Assembly (NCBI GenBank): GCA_010093605.1
Contig: MU004182.1
Span: forward strand, 1,335,032 to 1,399,031
DNA from: Lophium mytilinum
Lineage: Eukaryota
DNA length: 64,000 nucleotides
Direction: 5' to 3'
Below the pieces are notes generated by a model that searched no databases, was not told where the DNA came from, and saw nothing but the letters and a program-made list of their open reading frames with translations. How positions within the stretch are numbered: position 1 is the first letter of the stretch; every line of letters begins with the position of its first letter. Made by a program: the position numbers and the translations under genes. Positions 12,726 to 26,025 of this stretch are shown here, in pieces.

Positions 12726-13780
12726 CTAGCCTTCCCAGCCTCTATACACGATCTTGCTCCCGTATTTCTCCCCCTTTCTGAGCAACACCATCCCCTGGTA
12801 TTCGGGTATGTTGACTGCATTGACATACCGGCTCGGCTCAACGCAGAAGCCCGATCGGGGACCCCGTGCTGGAGCCCCTTCAACGGCAGGAACATCTATG
12901 TATTTGCCTGTATAGAACTGGAACGCCGGTTCAGTGCTCAAAACTTCCAGATGCAGCTTAGAAGCGGGATGGTAGAACGCGGCTAATGTCTTGATCGGAA
13001 GGCCTCGCGTGTCGACAGGGATGCTAGAGGGTTCGGCATTCACGATGAAGCAGTCATCGATATCCGGTTTATCTTCGCCAAGCGTGAAGGTTTTGCCAGC
13101 AGTGACTCCTGGATAGTCCTCGATAGGCCCAGTAGGGATGCCAGTCGAGTCTAGGACTTGGTGCTTGCTCGTGGAAAGCGTGACCTCCGTACCTGCTATT
13201 GAAGCTCCTTGAGTGAGGTTGAAGTAGCTGTATAAGTCTTTCAGCAAGTGTATGTATGTCTCCCGAGTTGCGCCACTCACCTATGGTTCGTCATGGCCAC
13301 TGCTGTCTCGTTTGCACTGTCTCCCACCAATTCTGCCTCATACTCAAACTCTAGGATGACCTTCTCTACTCCATTGTCGTGCTCTTTTTCTTGTGTGTAC
13401 CACACTTTGATTTCAAGAGTCCCAGGGTACCCTTCCTCGCCATCGGGGCTTGTTAGCGTGAAGAGGACAGCATCTTTTCCATGCCGTGTTACCCGCTTTG
13501 GGCCATCAAATTCTCGTTTGCCCCATCCCACTTTACCCCCATGCAAAGAGTTGGGGCCATTATTGGCTGCTAGCTGATAGGATTTCCCGTTGAGATTGTT
13601 GATCCTCGCACCTGAAACCCGATTCGCAATCCGGCCAATGGTCTCACCAAAGAATGGGCTATTGTATTCCTTGTAGAGGTCCGGAGTGGAGAAGCTTTGA
13701 ACGATGTTTTTGCCATTGATCTGAAAGCTTTGGATGATCGCTCCAAGGGGCAAGAAGCCGAAGGGATCAGCTGAGGCCAT
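12726..13780 (-). CDS. Aldose 1-epimerase (galactose mutarotase), 2 exons, intron 13228-13280
   Basis: Motifs FFGETIGRIANR, NNGPNSLHGG, DGEEGYPG, TNHSYFNL (after splicing), FQFYTG and GFCVEP. Confidence 0.93.
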
Positions 13781-14808
13781 GTTTGATCTTGAGAAAGCGC
13801 CCCGGTGACGGAGGTTGCTTGTCGCCGGAAGCTCGAAGATGGCAGTCGCCGGAGAGCACAACTGTTGGCGCACGTCAGAAGGACAGCTATCACACCATAG
13901 ATCTGCAAGTTGTGGCCCCTTAATCTCCAATTGGAGTATTTGCGAGATACTTGCGTGATCAAGAACCGCGGGAGAGTAGTATATGCAACATACCGAGGTG
14001 AATGTAAATGTGGGGTAATTAGAACCTTGCTAAAGTACCAAGTCTGCGTCGGTCTAGACGCCGCAGGGTAGAATAGAAGTTCGTGAGGATGTTGAATGAG
14101 TGCAGTGAGGAGGCGCTCGTTGCCTTTTGTATGATCTCGCAAAGGTATCAGGTGAAGGTGGTGAAGGTGAGGTGTCCATTTAGGCTAATTTGTCGTGCTA
14201 CTCGGTGCGACGATAACCCGAAATCCCTTAAATTTTCAATTCGGTGCAGAATATTCCTACCTTTCAGCAGGGGGCACATCTACTACTCGCGTCAACTGTT
14301 TGACGATGGAATCTGATCTCTATAGTGAGATGAGGTATAGTTCCACGGACCTGCATGCAAGCCCCTAGCCTCACGCGCCACCCGTGGTTCCAGAAGAAGG
14401 GAATAACCTTATTTTGGTGGCCAACGTCCTTCACTAGGTCATGTTGTTGGATAGTGGCATCATTTTTGGTCGTTATCAGGTAGCATTCATACAGGAGTCT
14501 GAAGCGAATCGGCACATAGGTATTTGAATTCGGCATTGTTTGAATTCTGTCTATATGAAAATATTTCCGCGGACATAGCCCCGGAGTTAACAATGATGAT
14601 GGTTGAAGGAATCTACAACGTCATTATTAATCGTTGTCCACAATTTTTCTACAGAGCAGATTTCCCCAGACATGACCTCATCATTGTCTCCTGATGCTCC
14701 AAACGCCCGTAAACCATCACCCAATGAATGCTACCGTCGTGCAAAGACGACCCCACGCTTGAACGCAGCAAATTGGAAACCCCAAAGTCAAAACCCAATG
14801 TTCCGTAA

Positions 14809-15827
14809 TTATGAGTTCACTGGGTTGATGAAATTCGCAAAGTCAAGGTCGGTGTTGGGGTCCCAGTCGCTCATCATGGAGCCGTTGGCCGAAGGATTTA
14901 TGACGAAAGGTTCGAGAACCATGGTATTCGGATCGTAGCTCATTGGGTCGAAGTTGTTTAGGTACTTGTAGTCCATGGTCGCATCATCCAGCATTGGTGG
15001 ATCCACTGGCCACGAGGGACGGACCATGCTGTTGTCTAGACCTGTGCGCAGATAGTTTGGTGCGCCAAACGGTACCTCGGATTTCATGGATGTCGTGATT
15101 TGCGACTGTCTTGGGAATGGACTGTTCATTGGAGGTGTCGGCGGGGCGTTGTTGCGTGTGAAAGCATCACTGAAGGGCGCGGTCTGCGTCGTCGGTGTGC
15201 CGTTGTACGACGATGGCGAAGAGACGTGGCCGTGGTCGGAATCAGAGCTCACAGAGTTGCTTCGCTGGAGATATCTGGCACCTCTTTCGAGCAGACGCTG
15301 CTGCATCCGGGTGCAGTCATCTTCGAAGCCGTCGTAGTTGATGCCGCTGTCATGGGCAGGATGCAGAAGGTCGAGTCTCTCGAGGATGTCGTGAGTGAGA
15401 GGATGTCCACCCTGGGCTTCGGCCAGGGGCACTCCAGGCCAGCCCTGACCATTTTGGAGTCTGCTGTACAGTTCTCGTAGACCAGCGACTAGCTGGGTTT
15501 GTTGTTGTTCGAGCATCTCGACATATCTGTGGCTGTCAGTGACCTTCACCTCAGAACAACTTGGTATAGAGACTTACCCCTTAGGGTAGACCTTGTCTTG
15601 GGACTTCTTCCTCTCGCCAAAGACGCAAATCGCATTGTCGGCCTTACAGCGACTGCAGGGGCTAGAGCCATCGCACTGAATTATGGTCAGTAACTGGTGC
15701 GACGGCTACATTGGTATGATAATATTACCTTTGACTTCTTGAGGCGACAGCGATCACAAGCTTTACACACGCGCTTTCTGATATTATCTTGTGACGAGTC
15801 CATGGATCCCGAGCGTTGGCTGGACAT
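14809..15827 (-). CDS. Zn(II)2Cys6 transcription factor, Fcr1-like, 3 exons
   Basis: Spliced N-terminus RKRVCKACDRCRLKKSK|CDGSSPCSRCKADNAICVFGERKKSQDKVYPKG|YVEMLEQQQ, plus the GHPLTHDILERL motif. ATG at 15827. Confidence 0.9.
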
Positions 15828-18800
15828 GTGAATGGTTGGTTTACAGGGGGAAGAGCAATGCAACGACGAAGGGGGCCGGATATGTATCAGAGTGGAGCAA
15901 GACTTGAATGGCAGATGGGTAGTTTATAGTGAGATATCAGGAGTATGAAACGATGTGAGGTGAGATCAAGGTGTGAAATCAACCTGGTCGGTGGGGGCAG
16001 GGCGACCATTATATCCCTTCGCGTCGTGGGCAGGTTGAGACGGCCGTTAAGGCCGTTCGTCGGTAATCAAGGTAATGATTCGATGCCTAATCCTCCCTCA
16101 TGTCCACATCATCGCTCGGAAGCGTCGATTACAAGAGCGCCGTAGACAGGGGGGCCTCGGCGCAGATGCGCATACCCTAGCATGGAATCCCGCAGGACGG
16201 CGGCCACGGCGCACTTAGCTCGGCCTTGCTATCCGTGCTGGTTCAATCATGGCCGCCAGGGCGCAGGGCGGGCGAATTTGGTGATCAGGCACTGCGAGCG
16301 CGGAGGCCTGCACAATTGCTGCGCGGAAGACGGCAGAGGGCTTTGCAGGCTTGCGGCGATCGCTCGCGGATTCGGCTTACGAGCAGCGCCGACACTGGAA
16401 GTCACAGCAGCAGGCTCGGGCGAAAAGCGCCCTGATTCTTAATCTCCAGAGCCCGCAACCTCTGTCTCTCGGCCGACGAACCTGATCACTTGCACGCCGA
16501 CTCCAAAATCCCTCAGTCCTCAGCCAGCTCCTGACGTAGGACACCGATACCGTCCAGCTTCGAGTGGCATCTCGGCATCGCCAGTGGCATCGCACAGCCC
16601 GAATGGGTGTTCCAGTGCCTTCGAGCGCCGTCGCCAGTTGGGCGTCTTCCGATGTCTCCAACGGGCACTTTACAAAGATTCCAGGGCCTCCGCATATCCG
16701 CAGTAGGCAATCTGCATCCTTCAAGGCCAAGCCCCGCTCCAAGTGTACATACCCGCCGCCAGGAGGCTGATCCGCATCCGTCGTGGTGGCGCTTGGCGGA
16801 AGTCGTCCGCGCAAGGCTGCGGCCACACTGGCAGCAAATTCCAGAACTCTCTCCATATCAAATCGAAAAAGGTGCCCAGCATTGGTGCATGTCACGATGA
16901 CGGTTGACAAAGGTTATGTGCAAGTGGGCGGGACTCCGAGCTTCTGGCCGCCCTATTTGTGGGCCTGTGGCAGAGGGTGCTTTGAGCTGCTTATCAATAT
17001 GCAGCAGTGAAGGCTCTTTGCTGCAAGCGGCGTGCCATGGTGCGCGTTTGGTCCGCTCCAGGGCTGCTGGCTGCTCTTCCATTGTCAGTCAGGTGTGCTT
17101 GGCAAGGATCGCGCTTCCTCTCCAGCCAAGATCAACTCTCCTAGCCCCCTCTTCGCATCCTCGTCCGCTTTGGGCTGCTAAGCTTTTCCCAGCACTGCTG
17201 TTGGCGCCATCGGCGAGAGGTCGCGCCGTTTCTCGCGTGCCCTCTGCCACGTCCATGGCCCCTGATACGCTGGACGCACCCCCTCATTATTCCCTGAGTG
17301 CTTGTTGCTTTCATGCCCCGAGGCGCAATTACTCAACGCCTAGCCACGGCGCAAAGGGCTATGATCTAAACGCCTTGCGGCCGTATCTGGGCGTCGTCGT
17401 CAGGCAGCGTGGCTGGTGAATGTGGGGATCTCGGGGATGGGTATTGTGTACGACGGCCTCGTATATCGTACTCGCTCGCTTCGCTTCAAATCGTCCTCTA
17501 ATTGTCAACCCCGAGCGTGTGGAATTATACAGGAGCGGGCAGTGCAGCGGGCGGTAAGCCTGAATCCCGTGTGTAACGTCAGCAGCACCAAGCTCTACTT
17601 TCGGCCTGGTCGCGCCATCAGCAGCCATTCGTACAGGTAGGCTCTTCTTACTGAGCAGCCAACGAGTGCTCTCCACGCGCCAATTTGGGTAGTTGAACTG
17701 CTGCGCGTGCTGACGATGTCGCGACTTCTGCTTCCTAACGTCCTTACTGACAGGTCACCGCATTCTCGCGCCATGCCTTGCGCTCCATGATTCTTGAATC
17801 ACACTATTCAGCGCTATAACTTCCTCTCTACCACCCCGGGCACCAGCCGTCGTGCATGCTGAGCAAGACTTAGCGGAGAAGCTCCTCGGGGCCGCGGACC
17901 TGTTCCAAGGAGGTTGCGGAGTAGTCCCTGGCCGATTTTCGGGAGCAAATTTGGCCGTTGGAACTCAAAGTCGCGAATCGCACATTCTGTGTATCGCTCT
18001 TACTAAGCCCTAGTTTGTAGGGCTGAACGCACAGTCATGCGCTCAAATACGCTTCGCCAACCATCGTGCTATCGTATGTCGATCGCCTTTCTCGCTATTA
18101 TCTCTTCGTCCTGCCATAGCCCTGCCCAGTTGGGTCTGGCCCGCAAGCCGCCAGGATCTCATTACCATGCCGGCTTTGAAACACTCGCTATTCTTTCGCC
18201 ATCACTCCAACGTGCTTGATAAGTGACCAACGACCTCGCGCGAATGCCAACTACTAGGGCTATGTACGAGCGACTATGCGACTTGCCTGAAAAAGGTTCC
18301 ATGGCGCTGGAATGACTCCTCTTAGCGCGGACTTTGCGCGGGCCTTGCGCGGAAATTCCGCGGATTGGTTGGCTCTTTGACATCTTCTCGTTGCTTTCTA
18401 ATATACATCAAGGTTCCTCCCATAAGCGTATTTCTTACGCAGGTTCGAGAGCAGTAACATCATTGGAGCCGTGGGCTCCTGTTACTGCTGTCCTCGTCTC
18501 CCTATGGCCGCGCTAGATGTTTCACGCGTTGCTGGTGTCATTTCATTATAGGCCTACTATCATGGTCGTAATTTCTCCAACTGAGGGATTGCTTTGTGGC
18601 TGCTCACGTAAGAGCTAAGCTGTCAATTGCTCTCAGTATTGTACAATCCTACCTCCTTGCCGATAATCAAGCATTGTGCGCCTCGTTCTTGCGAGTCAAC
18701 AAGAGTCATCTCACATGCGCCGCAATACTTGACAGCACTGTGCAAGAAACAGCAAGAAATAGCGATGGAAATAAGGATACCAGATGATCAATTCTGACTC

Positions 18801-20815
18801 ATTTCGACCTTGCAGAAATCTCTCAAAAGTTCGAGTTCTCATATCTCGGAGGGTCTATCTGATCAGTTTATCGGCTTGCCGAATGGAGTTTACGATTACT
18901 ATCAAGCGATTCATGTGGCTTTGTAATGCTTTGCATCCTGCAAAACCATTTGACTCGATAGTCCCCGTCGATTTCAAAGTAATCTCTTTCAAAATATACC
19001 GCGTCGCGTGCTCGAGAGCGGAGTCGATTTGTAACTTTTGCACACTCGGTACACCGATTTACCATGCGCCTCTTATTACCGGAAACCATCAACGATCCTC
19101 ATCCGATCTGAACGGAGATAATATGCGTCGGCAGATGATAGTTTCTCCGAATCACTACCATTTATGATCAGTGTTGAAGCTTATGAAGATATCATGTAAG
19201 TACGAAGGTATCATGTAAGGACGGCTTAATGTCGCGCGATCGCTAGAATTAGATCTAGCCTTCAAGGATACCCTACAACGCGTTAAGTATGGAGACAACG
19301 TGAACACTTGTGCAAGCTTTTCTTCTCTGCTGCACATAGGATTAGGATATTCCCAAAACGGGCCGCTTCAACGAATAGGAGCGGTGAAGCAACCACCACA
19401 CACAGCCATCTGTACAACTGATCAGCGTGCAATACTCTCTCTCTAGTTTTCTATTTGTCCAATTGCTTTCCGGATGTTTTCTCAACTCACGCGATTCCAA
19501 CAATCCTACACTCGGCAGCCCCGACATTCCCAATGTTGCAGAACCAGTTACACCGACCACGACTTACAACTGTACTCCAATCAACGCAGCCCTTCCAACA
19601 ACACTTACCCAACCCAGCTTCCCACAGCCCCATTTCCCCTTCAAATCATTTCGCACTCTTCCACCTCGCGGAACGCTAGATTCGCTTCCACGGGGCTTGC
19701 GGAACACCGAGAGCCCGATCTGCGGGAAGCGCACGACGAGCTAGTATTCCCGTATTCCCCCAGCCACAAAAAATAACGCGTCGCGTGCGACGACAACGTG
19801 CGAACACCCAGGGCTATGGTAACCGATGATGTGGTATTAAGCCGGTTACGAATCTAACGAAGTCTTCTGTTTTTACCTATATCCGGCGACGCGGGGTTTC
19901 TAGAAGTATATCCGAGATTGAGTCGCCGGCGATGGAAAGCGGCATCCGTATGCGCTGGGCTCTGAGGCTCGTTGTACGAGGGTAGCGACCTTGTTTCGGG
20001 GTTGGTGCACAAGTGCGCATGCTGAGTTTTTTTTCTTGGGCGGGCTTTACTCGGGTTTCGATGATCGGCCGAGCGCGGTGGAGGCGGAGATGTTGATAAG
20101 GTGGGTCCGTAGTATCGCCGAATTGGGCGTTTTTCGTTGGAATTCGAGGAAGTTCCCTTCTGATTGTGTTGGCGATCGCTTTCAGAGGTTTTTTTCTTTC
20201 TTTCATGATGCGCATGGTTAGGCTTGCAAGAGCGTGGGAGAAGCAGAGATAAGTGAAAAAGATGGTCATCGCGATCGGTCTGGATTTGGTCGGATTGATA
20301 TATGCTAACTTGGGTTAGAAGGAAATCCGCAGACGAACTGGTCAGTCGAGTGAGTTATATTATTCCATGCAGATATTTTTATTTCGGTGGAAAGTGGGCT
20401 GGAAGCGTCGACGGGCTACTTTGCTTGATTGGAGAGGTGATTGAATACGAGACATGACTCTGGAATCTCCGAAGTTCTGCGTGGCCGAGATGGAGTCCAC
20501 CTCACCTCCTATTGAGTCATTATTCTACCATCTATCTCGTGTAAATTCCTCCACTTCTGCATAATGCGAGGCTTGAAAGTACTCGAATAAGTGGACTCTT
20601 CGCTACATCAAGTTTCAAGGCCGTGAGGTCACACTTCGGGGTCGCATCAAAAGAGTGGAAGTATGATATGAAATTCAGGAACGATCGATTCACAGGCACG
20701 AATTGGGAAGGCATCCCAGGGCGAGCTGGAAGTCTGCTCAAATGCCCTTCGACTAGATGATACTTTCGGCAAACCTCGTCCTCCACTCGACCACATCAGC
20801 CCTCAGCCAGCACAC

Positions 20816-21298
20816 CTAAGCTGCCTCATGCGCACTCAAGAACCCAACAACAAAGCAAATCCACGCCGGCAGATCCGTCAACAACGTTCTCTGCCAATGC
20901 ATCTTCAACCACACCTCCATCGAATGCGCGCTATTTCCCTTGGGCACATCGTTACTGATGTCATCCAAGAGGCCCAGCGCTTTCTTCCCGTATAGCATAT
21001 GCGCGGCCGACAGCAAGGCGCCGGCAGCATACCACGTGGCGGCGCCCGACGCAGACAACGCGGAGCGGTCAAACAAGAAATTGAGGCCGGACACGGTCCA
21101 GGTGAAGGGATAGCCCAGCATGATGGGCCAAACCCCACGGCCGACCCAGATCTTGAACCAGGGTGGCAGGTTGGCGTTGGTGCGCGCGCGCAGGGAAGGC
21201 TGCATCCAAGTACCAAGGAAGATGATTTCGTCGATGGCGTAGCCGACGCTTAGGGTTTGGGAGAGGAGGGGGAGGAGACGGAGGAGTTTGAGAGACAT
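20816..21298 (-). CDS. Small integral membrane protein (conserved fungal hypothetical)
   Basis: 160-aa ORF with about 4 hydrophobic segments and WY..GALLSAAHM and WLKMHWQRTLLTDLPAW blocks. Confidence 0.8.
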   Translation of the reverse strand: MSLKLLRLLPLLSQTLSVGYAIDEIIFLGTWMQPSLRARTNANLPPWFKIWVGRGVWPIMLGYPFTWTVSGLNFLFDRSALSASGAATWYAAGALLSAAHMLYGKKALGLLDDISNDVPKGNSAHSMEVWLKMHWQRTLLTDLPAWICFVVGFLSAHEAA

Positions 21299-23067
21299 GG
21301 TGGGTTTTTGTGGGCTTGGATGAATGAGGATAGGCTGTTACTTGGAGCGAACTGATCGCGATGATGTTCTTTGAAGGTTTGGATGAGGTCTTAAGGCTGG
21401 ACTCCGCTCGGTGGTTACTCTTTGCAGACGGTGGGGCTCGATACGAGGGACGATGGTGCTTGGGTTGGCTAATGGAAGCGTGGAGCAGAACTTAACTTGT
21501 TCTATGCATCTCCTGATGGTGAGCTTTGGCGGCATGTCCTATTTGGGGGCCGTTGGTCTCACGGATGTATTCCGGCTCCGGCGGGCTGTTGTTGTTTGTT
21601 GTTGTTTCTCGAAGAACGGCCCCGAGTAGGAGTGAGGCTGTGGTGTCCGAGACGATCGGCCTAGAGTTTTCCCCACACGGCCATTCAGACCTCCAACCTC
21701 AAACTTCACTGAAACCTTTCGGCCGTAAGTCACAACAATTTATGACTGCAACCTCAAAAGACGGCCAAATGACAGAATCGCACCCCACATACCCATCCGA
21801 AGGTCTTCGATTTGTCCCTTTTCCCGCAAATGCATTGCTCCACCTCTCGTACATCCTCCCGACGGCATGGAAAGATGACTGCCTCCACCACGAGCACCCT
21901 AGCATGAACTCCTAAGGTGAGACCCCAAAAAGTTGGTCAACATGCGTGGACCAATCGCTTTGCCTGGTAATGGTGTATCCTAGCAATCTGCTAGGATTGT
22001 TCAAAAGTGGACCCCAAACATGGGCCTCTTGAATCGGCATGATCCGTATCGAAACACGGTTGCATACGAAGTGAGATGAGCATGCTATTTCCTAGCTTTT
22101 GAACTTTGTCGTATGGTTCATGATTCCAGAACTTGGAAGTTGATATAAAGAGCAGGGGTTCACTTAAGGCGTAATATATATTTGAGAATAAGTTACATCT
22201 AGCCACTGCTCGGAAACTCCGCGGACTCAACTCCTTTATCCCGGCAGCGATTTTAGGACACCTTCCATCAACACTCGATTTCAGGAGCCAATCATGTCCA
22301 ACCAAATTGTGTGATGCTTGGCAAAGCAATATCTTCTCTGCACTCCACTCATCGACAGCTTGAGGACACTAATTCGGATTTCTACCCCAGTATATCACCT
22401 AAAGACATCAAATGCAGAGACACACCCACATCCAGCTGTAGCTACCTCTTGATCACAACCTGCATTCGCATTACCCTGCTTGTATTGTTCTTTCCAGGAC
22501 CTCCTTATTCCCGATTGGCCACCTCAACATAGTCCAATGCGGGAGTGCGGCAACATGCTCACAGCCCTGAACAGCCTTACCTATTACATCACGAAGACGA
22601 CACTTCGTATATCACACCACCCAAAAAAAACAATGTCTCGAATCTACAGTAAGTTACCAGATTATCATGCCTCATTTTCGATCGGAACGGCGGCACGTGG
22701 ACGGCTATCTCGGCACGCATCGACGACCTCATGAAAACGACAAGCATGGATCTATGCATTAGAGGACTTAAGAAAGCGTTCTCAGCATTGCACAGGGTGT
22801 ATCTCGGTTTCAGTATCTGACCCTTGCTAGCGGCAAACACTTTTCCAAGGGATCGGTTGAGGCCTGTCGTTGGCTCACCAGGAGAGCTGTAAATCAGACT
22901 CGTCAGATTTGCGCTTTTAACAGCTTTTTACCTTACTGCGGCCGCTCAGACAGCATCAGAAGCTCCCCAGCAGGGTGGTAAAAGACCAGATGATTTCGCA
23001 AGGGTGTTCATTGGCGAAGAAACTTAGCATTATTGCATAGAGATGTGAAAATTGCGAAGATCGTGTA

Positions 23068-23345
23068 CTAGACCCAATAGACTCGCACCGTGATCGACCT
23101 TTCGCCTCGTTGGGGCACCTCAGACGTTGTCAGGCAAGTGTCAAGAGATTCAAAGAAGGCCTCCGACTCAGTGGGGTGGTTTGGAACTGCGTAGAAATAA
23201 CCATCGCCCGAGCGTGTAATTTTCAAGCCCTTCAAGTCAGACTTATCAGACACGCATATTGGCCACTCGGTAACCTCGCTGGGGCACCTCAGACAGTATC
23301 AAACAAGTGCAAAAAGAGTTGTAAAGTGAACGATATTCAGGGTGT
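23068..23345 (-). pseudogene. Possible degenerate repeat-protein relic (two homologous units, 169 bp apart)
   Basis: GGGGCACCTCAGAC begins at both 23112 and 23281. Minus-strand translations TCLILSEVPQRGYR and TCLTTSEVPQRGER are in different frames, with stops. Confidence 0.35.
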
Positions 23346-23448
23346 GTGACTGGATTTGATGCTCTTATATTTTATAGCGGAGCGGCTTTCAATGAGTTGT
23401 TTTATCGAAGGGAGTCTTGGGTATACTGCACCGCTGATGAGGACTAAT

Positions 23449-25008
23449 TTATATCACTAAAGAGCCCACCCAAAGTGTCAGTAGCAATAAGAAGATCCCA
23501 ACGGAAACCAAGCCCAAGCTTCCCCCGGAAGCTTTCGCCAAGAGGTAGTCCTCCGCAAAAATGGCCTTGTAAACACCATACAATCCATTCAAGAAGGGCG
23601 TTTGCCTAACTCGTCTGCGTAGTTGCGCATTCAGGCCAGTACCCTCTCCCACCTCCTTCCGCACCTTGACCTTGTCGTAGACGGTTGGTAGACCAGACGC
23701 GCCATATTTCTCCCGCAAAGCGTTATACGACTTCCGGTCATAGATGCTCCAAAACTCTTCTTCAGTATAAAATGCCTGTGCATACAGCCACTTGATGCCA
23801 CCCAGTTTGCGGAGCTTTGCCTCAAGTTCTCGGTTGATGCTCGTGAACATGGAAGGATTCGTAGGTCCAGGGCCCCACACTCCGACATTTAGCAACCCCG
23901 AGGAGTTGTTTTCGGTATTGCGTTGGATCAAAGCGCCTGGATGCCCCATTGAGGCCTCGAAGTCTGGGCGTAGAGGACACAGCCAGATGGGGAAGAACCC
24001 GAACTTTGCGTTTACCCACTCGATGAACTCCTCGGCGTGGGCGACGGGTAGGGCGAGGTCTTGGATGATGTATTGCTTCATGTGTCCGCTGGCGTGGAGG
24101 GCGTGATACATGACCCTCGTGTGCATCAAATGATCGAGGAGGGTCCTCGTGACCCAATTGAAGGGTACGAAAAAGTACTTAAAGGCGTACCGAGCCGTCC
24201 AGAATGCCCCACGGTCGTACCGGAACAAGTAGTCCCGTATTGGCACGAGTTCTGTCTTCGTTGTCGACGATACCATCTTTTCGGCATGCATGTAGAACCA
24301 TGGGTCAAAAGGGCGGGAAAACTTCTGCAACTTCGTTCCTGTCGGTAGCTTACTAGTAAGCCGACCGGTGATGATAGCCCCAGTGGTAGGACCAAAAAGT
24401 ATCCCGTCAACGTAGTCGTTCTTGGAATCTTTTGTCACTTCTTGAGTCTTCCTGACTGACTCGGCGGGGCTGGACACTGGGTGATAGACCAGCTCTACGT
24501 ACGGCTTTGCGTCAATACATTGGATTTCGAGCAGTGTTAAGACACCCAGCGTGCCGAAAGAACCTGCGGAACCGTGGAATAGATCTCCCTTCTCTTTCTT
24601 GGAAGCACGTACGACTTCCCCGCTAGCAAGCACCATTTCGATCCAGTTGACTGTGCGATCGAAAAATCCGTGCTTGAACGAGCTGCTCTCTCCTGCCGTG
24701 CCAACGAAACCGCCGCCTGCCGTGATGCCTGGGAATTCCATGACCACTGGTGGCAGAAGTCCGCATTCCATAGTAGCATCGACTAATACGTCCATCGGGA
24801 CATTTGGCTCTACCAGCACCGTTTTGGTTTTCATATCCACATTCAGCACGCGCTTCAAGGTACTAGTGTCAACGATCTTGTCGCGCTGGAATGTGGTCTG
24901 GCGTGTGCTGTTGGTTGAGCCGTGGTAGATTCGGAATGGGATCTTCTCGTCGTGAAAGCGCCGGACGGTAGCAGCTATAGAAGCTACGGACACTTCGTGC
25001 TCTTCCAT
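23449..25008 (-). CDS. FAD-binding oxidoreductase, Delta(24)-sterol reductase (DHCR24/DWF1)-like, copy 1; intronless, C-terminal hydrophobic anchor
   Basis: Motifs VEPNVPMD, PPVVMEFPGITAGGGFVGTAGESSSFKHGFFD, DYLFRYDRGAFW, KWLYAQAFY and LPTVYDKV. Confidence 0.9.
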   Translation of the reverse strand: MEEHEVSVASIAATVRRFHDEKIPFRIYHGSTNSTRQTTFQRDKIVDTSTLKRVLNVDMKTKTVLVEPNVPMDVLVDATMECGLLPPVVMEFPGITAGGGFVGTAGESSSFKHGFFDRTVNWIEMVLASGEVVRASKKEKGDLFHGSAGSFGTLGVLTLLEIQCIDAKPYVELVYHPVSSPAESVRKTQEVTKDSKNDYVDGILFGPTTGAIITGRLTSKLPTGTKLQKFSRPFDPWFYMHAEKMVSSTTKTELVPIRDYLFRYDRGAFWTARYAFKYFFVPFNWVTRTLLDHLMHTRVMYHALHASGHMKQYIIQDLALPVAHAEEFIEWVNAKFGFFPIWLCPLRPDFEASMGHPGALIQRNTENNSSGLLNVGVWGPGPTNPSMFTSINRELEAKLRKLGGIKWLYAQAFYTEEEFWSIYDRKSYNALREKYGASGLPTVYDKVKVRKEVGEGTGLNAQLRRRVRQTPFLNGLYGVYKAIFAEDYLLAKASGGSLGLVSVGIFLLLLTLWVGSLVI

Positions 25009-26025
25009 CGTCGAGTCTTTGCAGAAATATCTTTCGTGGTATACGTTTACGCTGAAAATGTGTGATCATTGGCAAGCGAGGAATTCAAAAGCAGAGATCA
25101 GGAACGGAAAAGTATCATGATTGAGCGCCGGCAAGATGTGATGAGATATGGATCGCGTTTCAGCGCAGGACTGAGGTCTATGCAGGCACTCGTAGTCACT
25201 GCTCATTGAGGGAAGGTCGTAACAGGTAGTACGATATCCTGATGCTTTCTTTGAACGTGGCTGTTTGGCCGTGACGTGAGTGTCAAGTTTGTGGGGTCAA
25301 TGCGGCCTGACGACGCTCGGACCACAAAACCTTGCGTAATCGCGCCTTTTCGCCAGATTTCGTTAATGATACTGTTCGATTTCACGGACGGAATCACTTC
25401 TCCCCGCCATCTTTGGTAGAGAAGCTTAAGGTGTTGTAAGATAAAGGTTCCGCCAGCTGTGGTCGGACTTCTTGCTCTCCTTCGAAATTGTGTGTTTATG
25501 CTGCGAAGCGAGCGGTACATACAAGCTACCACATTCAACACGAGTGACGCACCAGAACAGCTAATTCGGTTCAAAGTCATGCAGATAGTTACGATTGAGC
25601 TATTAAGCGATTTTTATGGTAGGTTGGAGACGCTGAGATATAAAGAGATCGTTCTCCCGTCCGCTCCGCCATCTTTCACGATGCTGAGTTTCCGGAACGG
25701 GAATCGGTTTTCGCGAGTCGTAGTACTATTATATTATATTAAACTTCTCTAGTAGATAACTCGTTGCCTAGAAGAACTTCCTTTTAAGGGCATGAGTTGT
25801 ATCTATTGTAATAATCTATTTGTACGTACTGTGAACTAAACAATAGAAGCATCTACATCGAGCGAGACCTAATGTCAGACGAAGTAACAAGTATGGTTTC
25901 TACGGTACCCAGCATACGGCAACACCAGCATTGAACGCGCTATAGAATCGGATACCCCTATACAATGGACATGCCATTGCGACAGAATACCTTGCTGTCC
26001 GTTATCACCAAAGTCATAATTACAC

